From assembly GCA_964016885.1 (NCBI GenBank), contig CAXHJY010001412.1, positions 13,291-77,290 on the forward strand: DNA of 64,000 nt, in the 5' to 3' direction. The stretch comes from Eledone cirrhosa. Taxonomy: Eukaryota. Numbering within the stretch: the first letter of the stretch is position 1; each line of letters starts with the position of its first letter. The position numbers and the translations under genes are program-made. Below, piece by piece: positions 1-12,918 of this stretch. The notes beneath the pieces were generated by a model. It saw only the letters and a program-made list of their open reading frames with translations, was not told the DNA's origin and did not search any database.

Positions 1-77
1 AATTTATAATAAATTTATAAATTTATAAATTTCTGGTTGGTTGGTTGGTTCCACAACCAGATAGTTGTTTATACATT

Positions 78-120
78 GTCATAGTTCTTTCGTCACACAC
101 TCTGTGACCTCTTCAGTGAC
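78..120 (-). ncRNA. Minimal type I hammerhead ribozyme (copy 1)
   Basis: Minus strand reads GTCA-CTGAAGA-G-GTCACA-gagtg-TGTGAC-GAAA-GaaC-TA-TGAC. This gives stem I, the CUGANGA and GAAA cores, stem II, a rudimentary stem III and a UH site. Confidence 0.7.
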
Positions 121-501
121 TGGGGATTCCTTTCTTTGTTTCTGTGCCTCTCCTTTGTTCTGTCCTACGCCATTTTGTTTCTGTGTGTGTGTTGTGTGCT
201 CAGTCTGCGCATGCGCCACATCCAGGGTGTCTGTGTGTGTTTATGTTCATTTATTTATTTGTTTATTTACATGTTACTGGTTGGTTGTTTGTTCTGTGTG
301 TGTGTGCGTTTTCATTTTGTCCTTAATTGTAAGTTGTGATGTTGCTGTTCCACTCATATTTTCTATTTAATTTTGAACATAAACACACACAGACACCCGG
401 ATGTGGCCCATGTGCAGACTGAGCACACAACACACACACAGAAACAAAATTGCGTAGGACAGAACAAAGGAGAGGCACAGAAACAAAGAAAGGAATCCCC
501 A

Positions 502-542
502 GTCACTGAAGAGGTCACAGTGTGTGACGAAAGAACTATGAC
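502..542 (+). ncRNA. Minimal type I hammerhead ribozyme (copy 2)
   Basis: GTCA-CTGAAGA-G-GTCACA-gtg-TGTGAC-GAAA-GaaC-TA-TGAC, with predicted cleavage after the CUA at 538. Confidence 0.7.
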
Positions 543-675
543 AATATATAAACAACTATCTGGTTGTGGAACCAACCAACCAACCAGAAATTTATAAATT
601 TATTATAATAAATTGAAGTGAAAGCAACTGGTGCGTGTGTTTCTTATTGGCAACATGACTCTCCCAAAGTATAAC

Positions 676-856
676 AATATATATATATATACATATATAT
701 ATATACATATATATATGCATATATACATATATATAAATACATATATATATACATATATATAAATACATATATATATACATATATATAAATACATATACAT
801 ATACATATATATAAATACATATACATATACATATATATATACATATATATAAATAT
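676..856. repeat. (TA)n/(TATACA)n microsatellite
   Basis: Seen directly in the sequence. Confidence 0.95.
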
Positions 857-1416
857 GTAGGAGGTGAGTTTTATTGTAGTACAATAAAGCAATGCAGATA
901 TCGGATAAGAAGCACTCTACAGTTTGTAGGACTGGAGTATACATAATATATAAGAACAAAAGCTGGTTAAAAGAGTTCCATGTATTTTATTATGCGCATT
1001 TCAAAAACAAATATCATCATGCAATAATATTTGTGTTTTCATCAGATAAAACAGGAAGACATGATATGAAGGTTAAAAAACACATGTGGATAGTGCAGTT
1101 TTAAATCAACATATGAAAAGTAGTTTTAGATTGATGTGTGATACTGGGAAAGATATTTTATTTTGAGGGGGGGGGGGGGGATGAAAAAGAGCAGGAGATG
1201 AGAGTAAAAAGTGGAGAGGGGGGAGTATAATGAGGAAGGATGAGATAGGAGGAGAGATGGGTGATAGAGAGAGAGAGAGAGAGATAGCTTTTATAACTGA
1301 GAAAGATATATTGTTTACATAGAGAGGTTGAAAACCGTTGGAAGATAATGTATAAATTAAAAGAATTTGAAAATTAACGAAGAGAAAAATAATGTAAAGT
1401 TAAGGTTTGTATATTG

Positions 1417-1662
1417 AAGGGTTTAATAATATGTGCGATGAAAAGAAAATGTTAATATGTATTAAGAATAATATTTAAGGGTTTAATAATATGTGCGATG
1501 AAAAGAAAATGTTAATATGTATTAAGAATAATATTTAAGGGTTTAATAATATGTGCGATGAAAAGAAAAAGTTAATATGTATTAAGAATAATGTTTAAGG
1601 GTTTAATAATGTTTAGGGGTTTAATAATATGTGCGATGGAAAGAAAATGTTGATATGTATTA
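1417..1662. repeat. 60-bp tandem repeat, about 4 copies
   Basis: The unit AAGGGTTTAATAATATGTGCGATGAAAAGAAAATGTTAATATGTATTAAGAATAATATTT recurs with a 60-bp period. Confidence 0.9.
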
Positions 1663-1953
1663 TTAAAAAGAACAACAGGTAATTTAAGTAAGGATATATT
1701 GTGAGATGAGCCTGAATAAGTTAGATGAAAGGGAGAAAAGAATAATGAATTGAGGATGAATAATCTAACATCAAAAAACTGTTTATGTTTACGAAGGATT
1801 TTTACAAGGTGATATAGAGTAAAAATGTATTGTATTATGTAATAATTGATTCTATGTTAGGCAACAGTGAGAAAAGGTACAGATTAGGGGTTAGACATTA
1901 AAAGAAAAAGAAGAAAGGGAAGTGATAAATAGGAGCGATATAGAATGAGTAAC

Positions 1954-2199
1954 AAGGCCAGAATCACAAGTGCCTTTAGGGGTCTAAGTCGGGGGACAAT
2001 GACAAAGGCTTGTAGCCGGTTCTGAAGCCGCCTTGAGGCCGTTATCAAAGCCAATGGCGGGTTTATTGAGTGAGATCGAAAGAAAAAGTTATGAAGACAA
2101 ACTGACCCAAGTTTGATAAATAAATCTTAAAAAATAAAACTACTGTGTTATTTTTTCCTAGACAGTAATCTTGCGAACAAATATCGTTCGCACCCTGTA
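1954..2199 (+). mobile_element. Tc1/mariner transposon 3' remnant
   Basis: 1954-2073 translates KARITSAFRGLSRGTMTKACSRF*SRLEAVIKANGGFIE*, a typical transposase C-terminus with one internal stop. The element ends CACCCTG followed by TA at 2191-2199. Confidence 0.8.
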
Positions 2200-2542
2200 T
2201 ATTGATGACATCTGAAATTCTGTTATTTTAAATAAAGAAGAACAATTCTAATTGACACACTAGGAAATAGGATGTTAACAACAAAAATAAAACAATAACA
2301 AACATTCTAGAAGTTTCAAAGTACAAACTGTGGTATGCGAAAGGCATTAATAGAAACTTATCAAGCTATGTGATTATTGAGAGTTAGATTAAATGGGAGA
2401 AGAGAAATAGAAAATCTCTGCCATATACATATAATTAATTGTGGTTAGAGAGTAAAGACAGAAGAAGGACAATGTCCTCAAACAAGAGTGAAAATTGAAG
2501 AGTAGTTCCCTTTAGTTCCAATGTAAAACAAAATTTTGGCTA

Positions 2543-5500
2543 ATTGAAAGACACCAGTCAATGTGTATTAGTCTATTGAAAGACACCAGTCAATGTGTAT
2601 TAGTCTATTGAAAGACACCAGTCAATGTGTATTAGTCTATTGAAAGACACCAGTTAATGTGTATTAGTCAATTGAAAGACACCAGTCAATGTGTATTAGT
2701 CAATTGAAAGACACCAGTCAATGTGTATTAGTCTATTGAAAGACACCAGTCAATGTGTATTAGTCTATTGAAAGACACCAGTCAATGTGTATTAGTCTAT
2801 TGAAAGACACCAGTGAATGTGTATTAGTCTATTGAAAGACACCAGTGAATGTGTATTAGTCAATTGAAAGACACCAGTGAATGTGTATTAGTCTATTGAA
2901 AGACACCAGTGAATGTGAATTAGTCTATTGAAAGACACCAGTCAATGTGAATTAGTCTATTGAAAGACACCAGTCAATGTGAATTAGTCTATTGAAAGAC
3001 ACCAGTCAATGTGTATTAGTCTATTGAAAGACACCAGTTCATGTGTATTAGTCTATTGAAAGACACCAGTCAATGTGTATTAGTCTATTGAAAGACACCA
3101 GTCAATGTGTATTAGTCTATTGAAAGACACCAGTCAATGTGTATTAGTCTATTGAAAGACACCAGTTAATGTGTATTAGTCAATTGAAAGACACCAGTCA
3201 ATGTGTATTAGTCTATTGAAAGACACCAGTGAATGTGTATTAGTCTATTGAAAGACACCAGTCAATGTGTATTAGTCTATTGAAAGACACCAGTGAATGT
3301 GTATTAGTCAATTGAAAGACACCAGTGAATGTGTATTAGTCAATTGAAAGACACCAGTGAATGTGAATTAGTCTATTGAAAGACACCGGTCAATGTGTAT
3401 TAGTCTATTGAAAGACACCAGTCAATGTGAATTAGTCTATTGAAAGACACCAGTCAATGTGCATTAGTCTATTGAAAGACACCGTCAATGTGTATTAGTC
3501 TATTGAAAGACACCAGTCAATGTGTATTAGTCTATTGAAAGACACCAGTCAATGTGTATTAGTCTATTGAAAGACACCAGTCAATGTGAATTAGTCTATT
3601 GAAAGACACCAGTCAATGTGTATTAGTCAATTGAAAGACACCAGTCAATGTGTATTAGTCTATTGAAAGACACCAGTGAATGTGTATTAGTCTATTGAAA
3701 GACACCAGTCAATGTGAAATAGTCTATTGAAAGACACCAGTGAATGTGTATTAGTCTATTGAAAGACACCAGTGAATGTGTATTAGTCTATTGAAAGACA
3801 CCAGTCAATGTGTATTAGTCTATTGAAAGACACCAGTCAATGTGTATTAGTCTATTGAAAGACACCAGTCAATGTGTATTAGTCTATTGAAAGACACCAG
3901 TGAATGTGTATTAGTCAATTGAAAGACACCAGTGAATGTGTATTAGTCAATTGAAAGACACCAGTGAATGTGAATTAGTCTATTGAAAGACACCGGTCAA
4001 TGTGTATTAGTCTATTGAAAGACACCAGTCAATGTGAATTAGTCTATTGAAAGACACCAGTCAATGTGCATTAGTCTATTGAAAGACACCGTCAATGTGT
4101 ATTAGTCTATTGAAAGACACCAGTCAATGTGTATTAGTGTATTGAAAGACACCAGTCAATGTGTATTAGTCTATTGAAAGACACCAGTCAATGTGAATTA
4201 GTCTATTGAAAGACACCAGTCAATGTGTATTAGTCAATTGAAAGACACCAGTCAATGTGTATTAGTCTATTGAAAGACACCAGTCAATGTGTATTAGTCT
4301 ATTGAAAGACACCAGTCAATGTGAAATAGTCTATTGAAAGACACCAGTGAATGTGTATTAGTCTATTGAAAGACACCAGTGAATGTGAATTAGTCTATTG
4401 AAAGACACCAGTCAATGTGAATTAGTCTATTGAAAGGCACCAGTCAATGTGAATTAGTCTATTGAAAGACACCAGTCAATGTGTATTAGTCTATTGAAAG
4501 ACACCAGTGAATGTGAATTAGTCTATTGAAAGACACCAGTCAATGTGAATTAGTCTATTGAAAGACACCAGTCAATGTGTATTAGTCTATTGAAAGACAC
4601 CAGTCAATGTGAATTAGTCTATTGAAAGACACCAGTCAATGTGAATTAGTCTATTGAAAGACACCAGTCAATGTGTATTAGTCTATTGAAAGACACCAGT
4701 CAATGTGTATTAGTCTATTGAAAGACACCAGTCAATGTGCATTAGTCTATTGAAAGACACCAGTGAATGTGTATTAGTCTATTGAAAGACACCAGTCAAT
4801 GTGTATTAGTCTATTGAAAGACACCAGTCAATGTGAATTAGTCTATTGAAAGACACCAGTCAATGTGTATTAGTCTATTGAAAGACACCAGTCAATGTGT
4901 ATTAGTCTATTGAAAGACACCAGTCAATGTGTATTAGTCTATTGAAAGACACCAGTGAATGTGTATTAGTCAATTGAAAGACACCAGTGAATGTGTATTA
5001 GTCAATTGAAAGACACCAGTGAATGTGAATTAGTCTATTGAAAGACACCGGTCAATGTGTATTAGTCTATTGAAAGACACCAGTCAATGTGAATTAGTCT
5101 ATTGAAAGACACCAGTCAATGTGCATTAGTCTATTGAAAGACACCGTCAATGTGTATTAGTCTATTGAAAGACACCAGTCAATGTGTATTAGTCTATTGA
5201 AAGACACCAGTCAATGTGTATTAGTCTATTGAAAGACACCAGTCAATGTGTATTAGTCTATTGAAAGACACCAGTCAATGTGAATTAGTCTATTGAAAGA
5301 CACCAGTCAATGTGTATTAGTCAATTGAAAGACACCAGTCAATGTGTATTAGTCTATTGAAAGACACCAGTGAATGTGTATTAGTCTATTGAAAGACACC
5401 AGTCAATGTGAAATAGTCTATTGAAAGACACCAGTGAATGTGTATTAGTCTATTGAAAGACACCAGTCAATGTGTATTAGTCTATTGAAAGACACCAGTC

Positions 5501-8500
5501 AATGTGTATTAGTCTATTGAAAGACACCAGTCAATGTGTATTAGTCTATTGAAAGACACCAGTCAATGTGTATTAGTCTATTGAAAGACACCAGTGAATG
5601 TGTATTAGTCAATTGAAAGACACCAGTGAATGTGTATTAGTCAATTGAAAGACACCAGTGAATGTGAATTAGTCTATTGAAAGACACCGGTCAATGTGTA
5701 TTAGTCTATTGAAAGACACCAGTCAATGTGAATTAGTCTATTGAAAGACACCAGTCAATGTGCATTAGTCTATTGAAAGACACCGTCAATGTGTATTAGT
5801 CTATTGAAAGACACCAGTCAATGTGTATTAGTCTATTGAAAGACACCAGTCAATGTGTATTAGTCTATTGAAAGACACCAGTCAATGTGAATTAGTCTAT
5901 TGAAAGACACCAGTCAATGTGTATTAGTCAATTGAAAGACACCAGTCAATGTGTATTAGTCTATTGAAAGACACCAGTCAATGTGTATTAGTCTATTGAA
6001 AGACACCAGTCAATGTGAAATAGTCTATTGAAAGACACCAGTGAATGTGTATTAGTCTATTGAAAGACACCAGTGAATGTGAATTAGTCTATTGAAAGAC
6101 ACCAGTCAATGTGAATTAGTCTATTGAAAGGCACCAGTCAATGTGAATTAGTCTATTGAAAGACACCAGTCAATGTGTATTAGTCTATTGAAAGACACCA
6201 GTGAATGTGAATTAGTCTATTGAAAGACACCAGTCAATGTGAATTAGTCTATTGAAAGACACCAGTCAATGTGTATTAGTCTATTGAAAGACACCAGTCA
6301 ATGTGAATTAGTCTATTGAAAGACACCAGTCAATGTGAATTAGTCTATTGAAAGACACCAGTCAATGTGTATTAGTCTATTGAAAGACACCAGTCAATGT
6401 GTATTAGTCTATTGAAAGACACCAGTCAATGTGCATTAGTCTATTGAAAGACACCAGTGAATGTGTATTAGTCTATTGAAAGACACCAGTCAATGTGTAT
6501 TAGTTTATTGAAAGACACCAGTCAATGTGAATTAGTCTATTGAAAGACACCAGTCAATGTGTATTAGTCTATTGAAAGACACCAGACAATGTGAATTAGT
6601 CTATTGAAAGACACCAGTCAATGTGTATTAGTCTATTGAAAGACACCAGTCAATGTGTATTAGTCTATTGAAAGACACCAGTCAATGTGAATTAGTCTAT
6701 TGAAAGACACCAGTCAATGTGTATTAGTCTATTGAAAGACACCAGTCAATGTGAATTAGTCTATTGAAAGACACCAGTCAATGTGTATTAGTCTATTGAA
6801 AGACACCAGTCAATGTGTATTAGTCTATTGAAAGACACCAGTCAATGTGTATTAGTCTATTGAAAGACACCAGTCAATGTGTATTAGTCTATTGAAAGAC
6901 ACCAGTCAATGTGTATTAGTCTATTGAAAGACACCAGTCAATGTGTATTAGTCTATTGAAAGACACCAGTCAATGTGTATTAGTCTATTGAAAGACACCA
7001 GTCAATGTGAATCAGTCTATTGAAAGACACCAGTTCATGTGAATTAGTCTATTGAAAGACACCAGTCAATGTGTATTAGTCTATTGAAAGACACCAGTCA
7101 ATGTGTATTAGTCTATTGAAAGACACCAGTCAATGTGAATTAGTCTATTGAAAGACACCAGTCAATGTGAATTAGTCTATTGAAAGACACCAGTCAATGT
7201 GAATTAGTCTATTGAAAGACACCAGTCAATGTGTATTAGTCTATCGAAAGACACCAGTCAATGTGTATTAGTCTATTGAAAGACACCAGTCAATGTGTAT
7301 TAGTCTATTGAAAGACACCAGTCAATGTGTATTAGTCTATTAAAAGACACCAGTCAATGTGAATTAGTCTATTGAAAGACACCAGTCAATGTGTATTAGT
7401 CTATTGAAAGAGACCAGTCAATGTGTATTAGTCTATTGAAAGACACCAGTCCATGTGCATTAGTCTATTGAAAGACACCAGTCAATGTGTATTAGTCTAT
7501 TGAAAGACACCAGTCAATGTGAATTAGTCTATTGAAAGACACCAGTCAATGTGAATTAGTCTATTGAAAGACACCAGTCAATGTGTATTAGTCTATTGAA
7601 AGACACCGTCAATGTGTATTAGTCTATTGAAAGACACCAGTCAATGTGTATTAGTCTATTGAAAGACACCAGTCAATGTGTATTAGTCTATTGAAAGACA
7701 CCAGTCAATGTGTATTAGTCTATTGAAAGACACCAGTCAATGTGAATTAGTCTATTGAAAGACACCAGTCAATGTGTATTAGTCAATTGAAAGACACCAG
7801 TCAATGTGTATTAGTCTATTGAAAGACACCAGTCAATGTGTATTAGTCTATTGAAAGACACCAGTCAAAGTGAAATAGTCTATTGAAAGACACCAGTGAA
7901 TGTGTATTAGTCAATTGAAAGACACCAGTCAATGTGTATTAGTCTATTGAAAGACACCAGTGAATGTGTATTAGTCTATTGAAAGACACCAGTCAATGTG
8001 TATTAGTCAATTGAAAGACACCAGTCAATGTGCATTAGTCTATTGAAAGACACCAGTGAATGTGTATTAGTCTATTGAAAGACACCAGTCAATGTGCATT
8101 AGTCTATTGAAAGACACCAGTCAATGTGAATTAGTCTATTGAAAGACACCAGTCAATGTGAATTAGTCTATTGAAAGACACCAGTGAATGTGTATTAGTC
8201 TATTGAAAGACACCAGTGAATGTGTATTAGTCTATTGAAAGACACCAGTCAATGTGAATTAGTCTATTGAAAGACACCAGTCAATGTGTATTAGTCTATT
8301 GAAAGACACCAGTCAATGTGAATTAGTCTATTGAAAGACACCAGTCAATGTGAATTAGTCTATTGAAAGACACCAGTCAATGTGAATTAGTCTATTGAAA
8401 GACACCAGTCAATGTGTATTAGTCTATTGAAAGACACCAGTCAATGTGTATTAGTCTATTAAAAGACACCAGTCAATGTGAATTAGTCTATTGAAAGACA

Positions 8501-9300
8501 CCAGTCAATGTGTATTAGTCTATTGAAAGAGACCAGTCAATGTGTATTAGTCTATTGAAAGAGACCAGTCAATGTGTATTAGTCTATTGAAAGACACCAG
8601 TCCATGTGCATTAGTCTATTGAAAGACACCAGTCAATGTGTATTAGTCTATTGAAAGACACCAGTCAATGTGAATTAGTCTATTGAAAGACACCAGTCAA
8701 TGTGAATTAGTCTATTGAAAGACACCAGTCAATGTGAATTAGTCTATTGAAAGACACCAGTCAATGTGAATTAGTCTATTGAAAGACACCAGTCAATGTG
8801 CATTAGTCTATTGAAAGACACCAGTCAATGTGCATTAGTCTATTGAAAGACACCAGTCAATGTGCATTAGTCTATTGAAAGACACCAGTCAATGTGAATT
8901 AGTCTATTGAAAGACACCAGTCAATGTGTATTAGTCTATTGAAAGACACCAGTGAATGTGTATTAGTCTATTGAAAGACACCAGTCAATGTGTATTAGTC
9001 TATTGAAAGACACCAGTCAATGTGAATTAGTCTATTGAAAGACACCAGTCAATGTGCATTAGTCTATTGAAAGACACCAGTCAATGTGAATTAGTCTATT
9101 GAAAGACACCAGTCAATGTGCATTAGTCTATTGAAAGACACCAGTCAATGTGCATTAGTCTATTGAAAGACACCAGTCAATGTGCATTAGTCTATTGAAA
9201 GACACCAGTCAATGTGTATTAGTCTATTGAAAGACACCAGTCAATGTGTATTAGTCTATTGAAAGACACCAGTCAATGTGTATTAGTCTATTGAAAGACA
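2543..9300. repeat. 32-bp tandem satellite, about 211 units
   Basis: The unit ATTGAAAGACACCAGTCAATGTGTATTAGTCT repeats head to tail with no spacers. Confidence 0.98.
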
Positions 9301-9477
9301 ATTAAAATTCATCATCATCTGTATATTTGAAAAAAATAGAGGAAAAAAAAAAATTAAATAATGAAAGTAAGAGAAAAGGAGGCAGGAGCAGCAGTCTGTG
9401 TGTGTTCGTGTCTGAGTCTATGTGTGTTTGTATTCTGTCTTTGTTCACTAGTGTGTGTTTATGTGAACTCAGAATGT

Positions 9478-9995
9478 AAATTACAAGGAGACTGAATGAA
9501 ATATTCCTGGAGCATGGCTCTGTGGACAAGCTGCTGAAGGACATGCTCAGTAAGTGGAATATAAACCATTTCTTCAGAACTGCATATTTCAAATTGGATT
9601 GTGAAGAGACACAATTGAACAATGAAGGCCTGAAAAGAGACACATCTTACCAGGACAGGATGAGAAGTTGGTGCCACAAACAGCCATATTCAGGTATGAA
9701 TGTCCAATATCCAAGTACAGCACAACAGTGACTTGATGCTGAGGGAGGGCCTGCATCCATTCAGATCAGGGATGAAGCCTGGATAAAGCCCAAAATGCAC
9801 ACTGCATGTCGCAATGGCGAAAGGGGACAGTAACAGCTGTGAATTCCCAAAACAATGTGTTCATAGATGTGAGCAGCACTCCAACCCGATGAACATCACA
9901 GAAAGAGTGATATCTGCCAAGGTGGATGGTGGACTTTGACATGGAATAAGAGTGTGTGAGGGATCTTGAGATCAGGAAAGGGGTTATGGATGGCA
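9478..9995 (+). mobile_element. Degenerate Ty3/Gypsy integrase C-terminal relic
   Basis: Frameshifted peptides include LNEIFLEHGSVDKLL, KWNINHFFRTAY, GIVKRHN*TMKA (resembling NGxVERxxRTIK), IRDEAWIKP...SQWRKGTVTAVNSQNNVFID (SH3-like) and YLPRWMVDF. A purine-rich tract follows. Confidence 0.65.
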
Positions 9996-9997
9996 TC

Positions 9998-12456
9998 ATT
10001 CAATGTAGAAGAGAACTGAGAGTTCCTAAAAAATAACTTACTAGAGGCGACGGATGAGATCTGTGGCTGGAGTAAGACCACAAGCAGGAGGAGAGTGACT
10101 TGGTGGTGGAACAATAAGGTAGATGAGGCAGTTAAGGCCAAGAGACAGGCATGGAAAGAATGGAAGAACGGGGGGAAGCAGGGTACATTACATAGAGACC
10201 AAGAGGGAAGCTAGGCGACAAGTATACTGAGCTAGGAGGGAAGCAGAGGATAGAAAATTCAAGCATGTTTTGCAACGTGAGGACCAGAAACAGGAGGTGT
10301 TCAAGATTGCGAGGCAGTGTGTCAGAGAGAATTGTGATGTCATTGGAGAGAAGTGTATCCGGAATGATAAAGGTGAGCTTGCCCTCACAAGTGCTGAGAA
10401 GAAAGATGCATGGAAGAGTCATTATGATAGATTACTAAATGAGGAGAATGCATGGGAAGAAGAGACCCTACCCCAAGTAGACCCTATAGAGGGGCCAGCA
10501 GTACAAGTCAGCAGCAGCATAGTAAGTAAGGCAATCAAAGATATGAAGATGGGGAAGGCAACCGGTCCATCGGGTATAGCTGCCGAGATGCTGAAGGCAT
10601 CTGGGTCTGTAGGTCACACTATAACCACACGTATTGTTAACCAAGTAATACTAGAAGGTGTCATACCAAAAGATTGGTGCAGTAGCATCATTGTCAACTG
10701 CTACAAAGGTAAAGGTGATGCACTAGATAGAGGAAACTATAGAGGTATAAAGCTGATGGACCAGGTCATGAAAGTAACAGAAAGAGTTATAGCACAGTTG
10801 ATTAGGGACCGGGTGAAACCAGACGAGATGCAATTTGGGTTTGTACCAGGAAGAGGCACCACTGATGCCCTCTTCCTTGTCAGGCAGTTACAGGAAAAGT
10901 ACCTAGCTAAAAGTAAGCCACTCTACTTGGCATTTGTCGATCTTGAGAAAGCCTTTGACAGAGTTCCACGTGCTGTAATCTGGTGGGCTCTTAGAAAACT
11001 AGGAGTAGATGAATGGCTTGTGAAAGCGGTACAAGCCATGTATAGGGGAGCAGTCAGCAAAGTTAGGATTAGCAATGAGTATAGCGAGGAATTTAGCGTA
11101 CAGGTTGGGGTACACCAGGGCTCTGTTCTTAGCCCCCTCCTGTTCATCATAGTCCTGCAGGCAATAACGGAGGAGTTTAAGACCGGATGCCCATGGGAAC
11201 TCCTGTATGCTGATGACCTCGCACTTATAGCTGAATCTATGGTAGAACTAGGAAGAAATTCCAAACTTGGAAGTAGGGACTAGAAAGAAAGGGTCTCAAA
11301 GTCAACATGACAAAGACTAAGGTCCTTGTAAGTAGACGAGAAAACAGAACCCAGATCCCCTCAGGGAAATGGCCTTGCTCAGTATGTAGGAAAGGTGTAG
11401 GTAGGAACTCCATTCTCTGCCCCAAATGCAAACAATGGGTACACAAGAGATGTAGCGGGATCTCAGGAAGCTTAATTAAGAATGTAGGCTTCACATGCAG
11501 CAGCTGTGCTGGGACAGCAAGCAGCCACAGGAAACAAGCACCACCAATCTCTGGGAGGGCTCTGTAGAAACAGTAGACAGCTTCTGCTACGTAGATGACT
11601 GAATTAGCAGCGGAGGTGGGTGTTCAGAAAGTACAATAACTAGGGTAAGAACGGGATGGAAGAAGTTTAGGGAACTACTACCACTGCTAGCTGCAAAAGG
11701 CTTCTCCCTCAGAATGAAAGGCAGACTGTATGATGCGTGTATCCGAACAGCAATGTTACATGGTAGTGAGACCTGGGCGCTGAAGGTGGAAGACTTACGT
11801 AGATTAGAGAGAAACGAAGCCTGCATGCTCCGATGGATGTGTAATAGTAATATACGCGAACGACAAAGCATAAATGAATTGAGAGAGAGACTGAGCATAA
11901 GAGGAATCAAATGCTGTGTGCAGGAGAGGCGGTTGCGTTGGTATAGACATGTGACGCGTATGAAGGATGACAGCTGCATAAAAAGGTGCAGAGCACTAGA
12001 AGTCGATGGAAACCGCGGAGTGGGGGGACCCAAGATGAGGTGATAAAAGCCGACCCTACCCAATTACACCTCTCAAAGGCGATAACACACGACCGTGACC
12101 TCTGGCGTCACGCAGTAATACAGAGTACCTGACCTCCCATGGGTACAAGCTGAAGCATATAGACAATATGCCCCCACACCCCCCACTGCAAGGTGGTCGT
12201 GGAGGTGCCACGGCAAAAAAGCACCCAGCCCACACTGTAAAGTGGATGTGTAGGCGCCACGGAAAAGCACCCAGCACTCACTGTAAATGAGGTTGGTGTT
12301 AGGAAGGGCATCCAGCTGTAGAAACCAAGCCAAATCAGTTCCTGTATGAGCAAGGCATGGTCAGCCGACCAGACACTGCCCACAACAGGACAACCCGTCT
12401 AACCCATGCTAGCGTGGAAGAACGGACGTAAAACGGTGATGATGATGATGATGATG
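9998..12456 (+). mobile_element. RTE-clade LINE, 5'-truncated and disrupted (subfamily A)
   Basis: ORF 10270-11283 has RT motifs (NYRGIKL, QFGFVPGRGTTDA, FVDLEKAFDRV, GVHQGSVLSP, LLYADD). A Cys/His finger and the HGSETW/RRLRWY domain follow in other frames, and the element ends in a (GAT)n tail at 12438-12456. Confidence 0.95.
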
Positions 12457-12918
12457 CTGCTGGATGAGGCAGGAGGATTGTAGTAGACTAGTATCGGGCC
12501 TCTTTCTTGGCAGCTAGCAGACATATTTTAATGAGTTCTTTGGAACCCCAAAATGTCTGGCCATAGTTTGTATGAGCTGAGTTTGTGGATTACACTACTA
12601 GATAACAGGGTCATGTCCCCCCCCCCCCATTCGCATCTTAGCAGTGATGCCCTCAAACCCTTCTGTGGTGAGGGAGATGTGGTTTCCTAGATTTTAAAAA
12701 AAATCAAGGTGTTGGTGAGGATGCAAGACACATTCACTTTTCTTCCTTTTAATATTTACCAGACAGCTAGCAGCCATTACCTGGAAAATAATGTTCTATT
12801 GTAAAAAGGAAGTTTCTATGTTACAAATAATATATTGTTCCTGATATAAATTCATGAAGAATTACCATAATTTTCATTCAACAAAGTGGTGACTAATTCA
12901 GTGCATTATTTCCTATTA

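Larger units (their letters stand above)
1..614. mobile_element. Inverted pair of Penelope-like (PLE) terminal repeats
   Basis: About 1-249 is the reverse complement of about 375-614 with few mismatches. Both arms are CA-rich and each carries a hammerhead motif, which fits PLE pseudo-LTRs in inverted arrangement. The left arm may extend beyond the window. Confidence 0.7.

Noticed and set aside
65-597. Small Cys/Val-rich or Thr/His-rich ORFs
   Set aside because: They are by-products of the GT/CA-rich inverted repeat and have no recognisable domain.
2543-9300. CRISPR array (32-bp repeat containing ATTGAAAG, like many CRISPR repeat ends)
   Set aside because: The units abut with no unique spacers, there are no cas genes, and the context is eukaryotic. 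It is a tandem satellite.
10270-11283. Functional reverse transcriptase gene
   Set aside because: The element has upstream stops, a frameshift after YADD and no endonuclease. The other RT ORFs (16323-19536, 40245-41960) are also disrupted.
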